Source of the DNA: Spizellomyces punctatus DAOM BR117 | Lineage: Eukaryota | Strand: one strand, 5' to 3' | Length of the DNA: 64,000 bases | Assembly: GCA_000182565.2 (NCBI GenBank) | Contig: KQ257457.1 | Shown here: positions 63,044 to 64,000 of the stretch, piece by piece | Layout of the letters: the number at the start of each line of letters is the position of its first letter | Position numbering within the stretch: the first letter of the stretch is position 1 | Translations under genes and position numbers: made by a program | Notes under the pieces: model-generated | Told to the model about the DNA's origin: nothing | Seen by the model: the letters and a program-made list of their open reading frames with translations, nothing else | Databases searched by the model: none

Positions 63044-63448
63044 ATTTGTGGATGGATGAAGCTTTAATATTTTGTAACTATATAATAACTTAATCATACT
63101 TGTATTCTCCACAGTCTAATGTAGGACAAACATAACAACCAAGTTGGTCGTTCGCTATGATGTGTATCCAAAAAAAATCAAGAAACAAAAAGAACAGTAT
63201 GCCTTTTTGTTTACAGTCTGTGGTTACCAAACAAAGGCATGTTCCCTGCAGGGACTTGCTGGGTTGGATGACCAGACCAGCAGCTCGCGAGTCCTCGTGG
63301 CTTGTTGAGCTGACTCATACGTAGCATGACCTAAAAGCTAAAAGACATGGTACTTGTTCTTTTCGAAAGGGACATATCCAACCGGCAACATCTTCTAACT
63401 GACGATAGATGTCCATGTCGTACCGACAGAATTTTATGAACGCACGGA

Positions 63449-64000
63449 TGATGTCAAAAATTGCTTTTGTCTCTCGCATGTCAACGGTGGCAGTTCACCG
63501 GACCCTCTTTCGGCCATTGTTTGCTGTTCGCAGCTATGCACCTTTCGGGTCGCAAATGAGCGATAACGATCCTCATGTGTTGGAAAGGGAGAAGCGCCGC
63601 ATCTTGGAAGGTGTGTATCTATGCTGTGCGTGTTGATGTACATCAGTGGTATTGATCATTTGCGCTTTGCTTAATTCCAAGGTCATGTTAAGGGAGTCCT
63701 TCCTGATGTACCCCATTGGGACGAAAAGCTCGCAACTGATTCTGAAGCCATAGTAAGTCATCCCATATCGCGAGTTGGAAAGGGGGGGGGGGGGGGGGAC
63801 AAATCTGTCCATTCGACAGCATTGACGTCTCTGTACCTCTCATCATATTATAGGTCAAAGCAGACCGATCCTTTGTCGGCGCACCCCCGGAACAGCTCCA
63901 ATACATAAGCTTGGACATTCTCGAAGAAGAGCTGATCGAAGAAACTACCGCGGACACGGAGGCTCAATCGACTGGAAAACATGGAACGGTTGCAGGTGGT
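63449..64000 (+). CDS. Small putative mitochondrial protein (runs off window)
   Basis: Presequence-like R/S-rich N-terminus, then SDNDPHVLEREKRR/..VPHWDEKLATDSEAI/VKADR over two introns. Confidence 0.65.

Noticed and set aside
63782-63798. G17 homopolymer
   Set aside because: Simple intronic mononucleotide run; length may be a sequencing artefact.

Overview
Eukaryotic, intron-rich, gene-dense fungal DNA. The flagellar gene CCDC39 points to a zoosporic (chytrid) fungus, and the element below suggests Spizellomyces punctatus or a close relative (inference). About 19 ordinary host genes flank a 17.8-kb nest of three mobile elements at 29441-47201. The outermost is a ~2.3-kb non-autonomous TIR transposon (28-bp perfect TIRs, TA target duplication, 5'-CATA flank). 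It carries a Fanzor1 gene (eukaryotic TnpB/Cas12-like RNA-guided nuclease) and, at its right end, an omegaRNA whose guide runs into flanking DNA. The Fanzor ORF has a premature stop and is split by a decayed Ty3/Gypsy chromovirus (572-bp LTRs, TSD CTCC). That element's chromodomain is in turn split by an intact, young and almost CpG-free Ty3/Gypsy chromovirus (554-bp LTRs, TSD ACATT). The two older elements show a clear CpG-deamination signature. Protein identities come from motif recognition without database searches, and exon boundaries are approximate.
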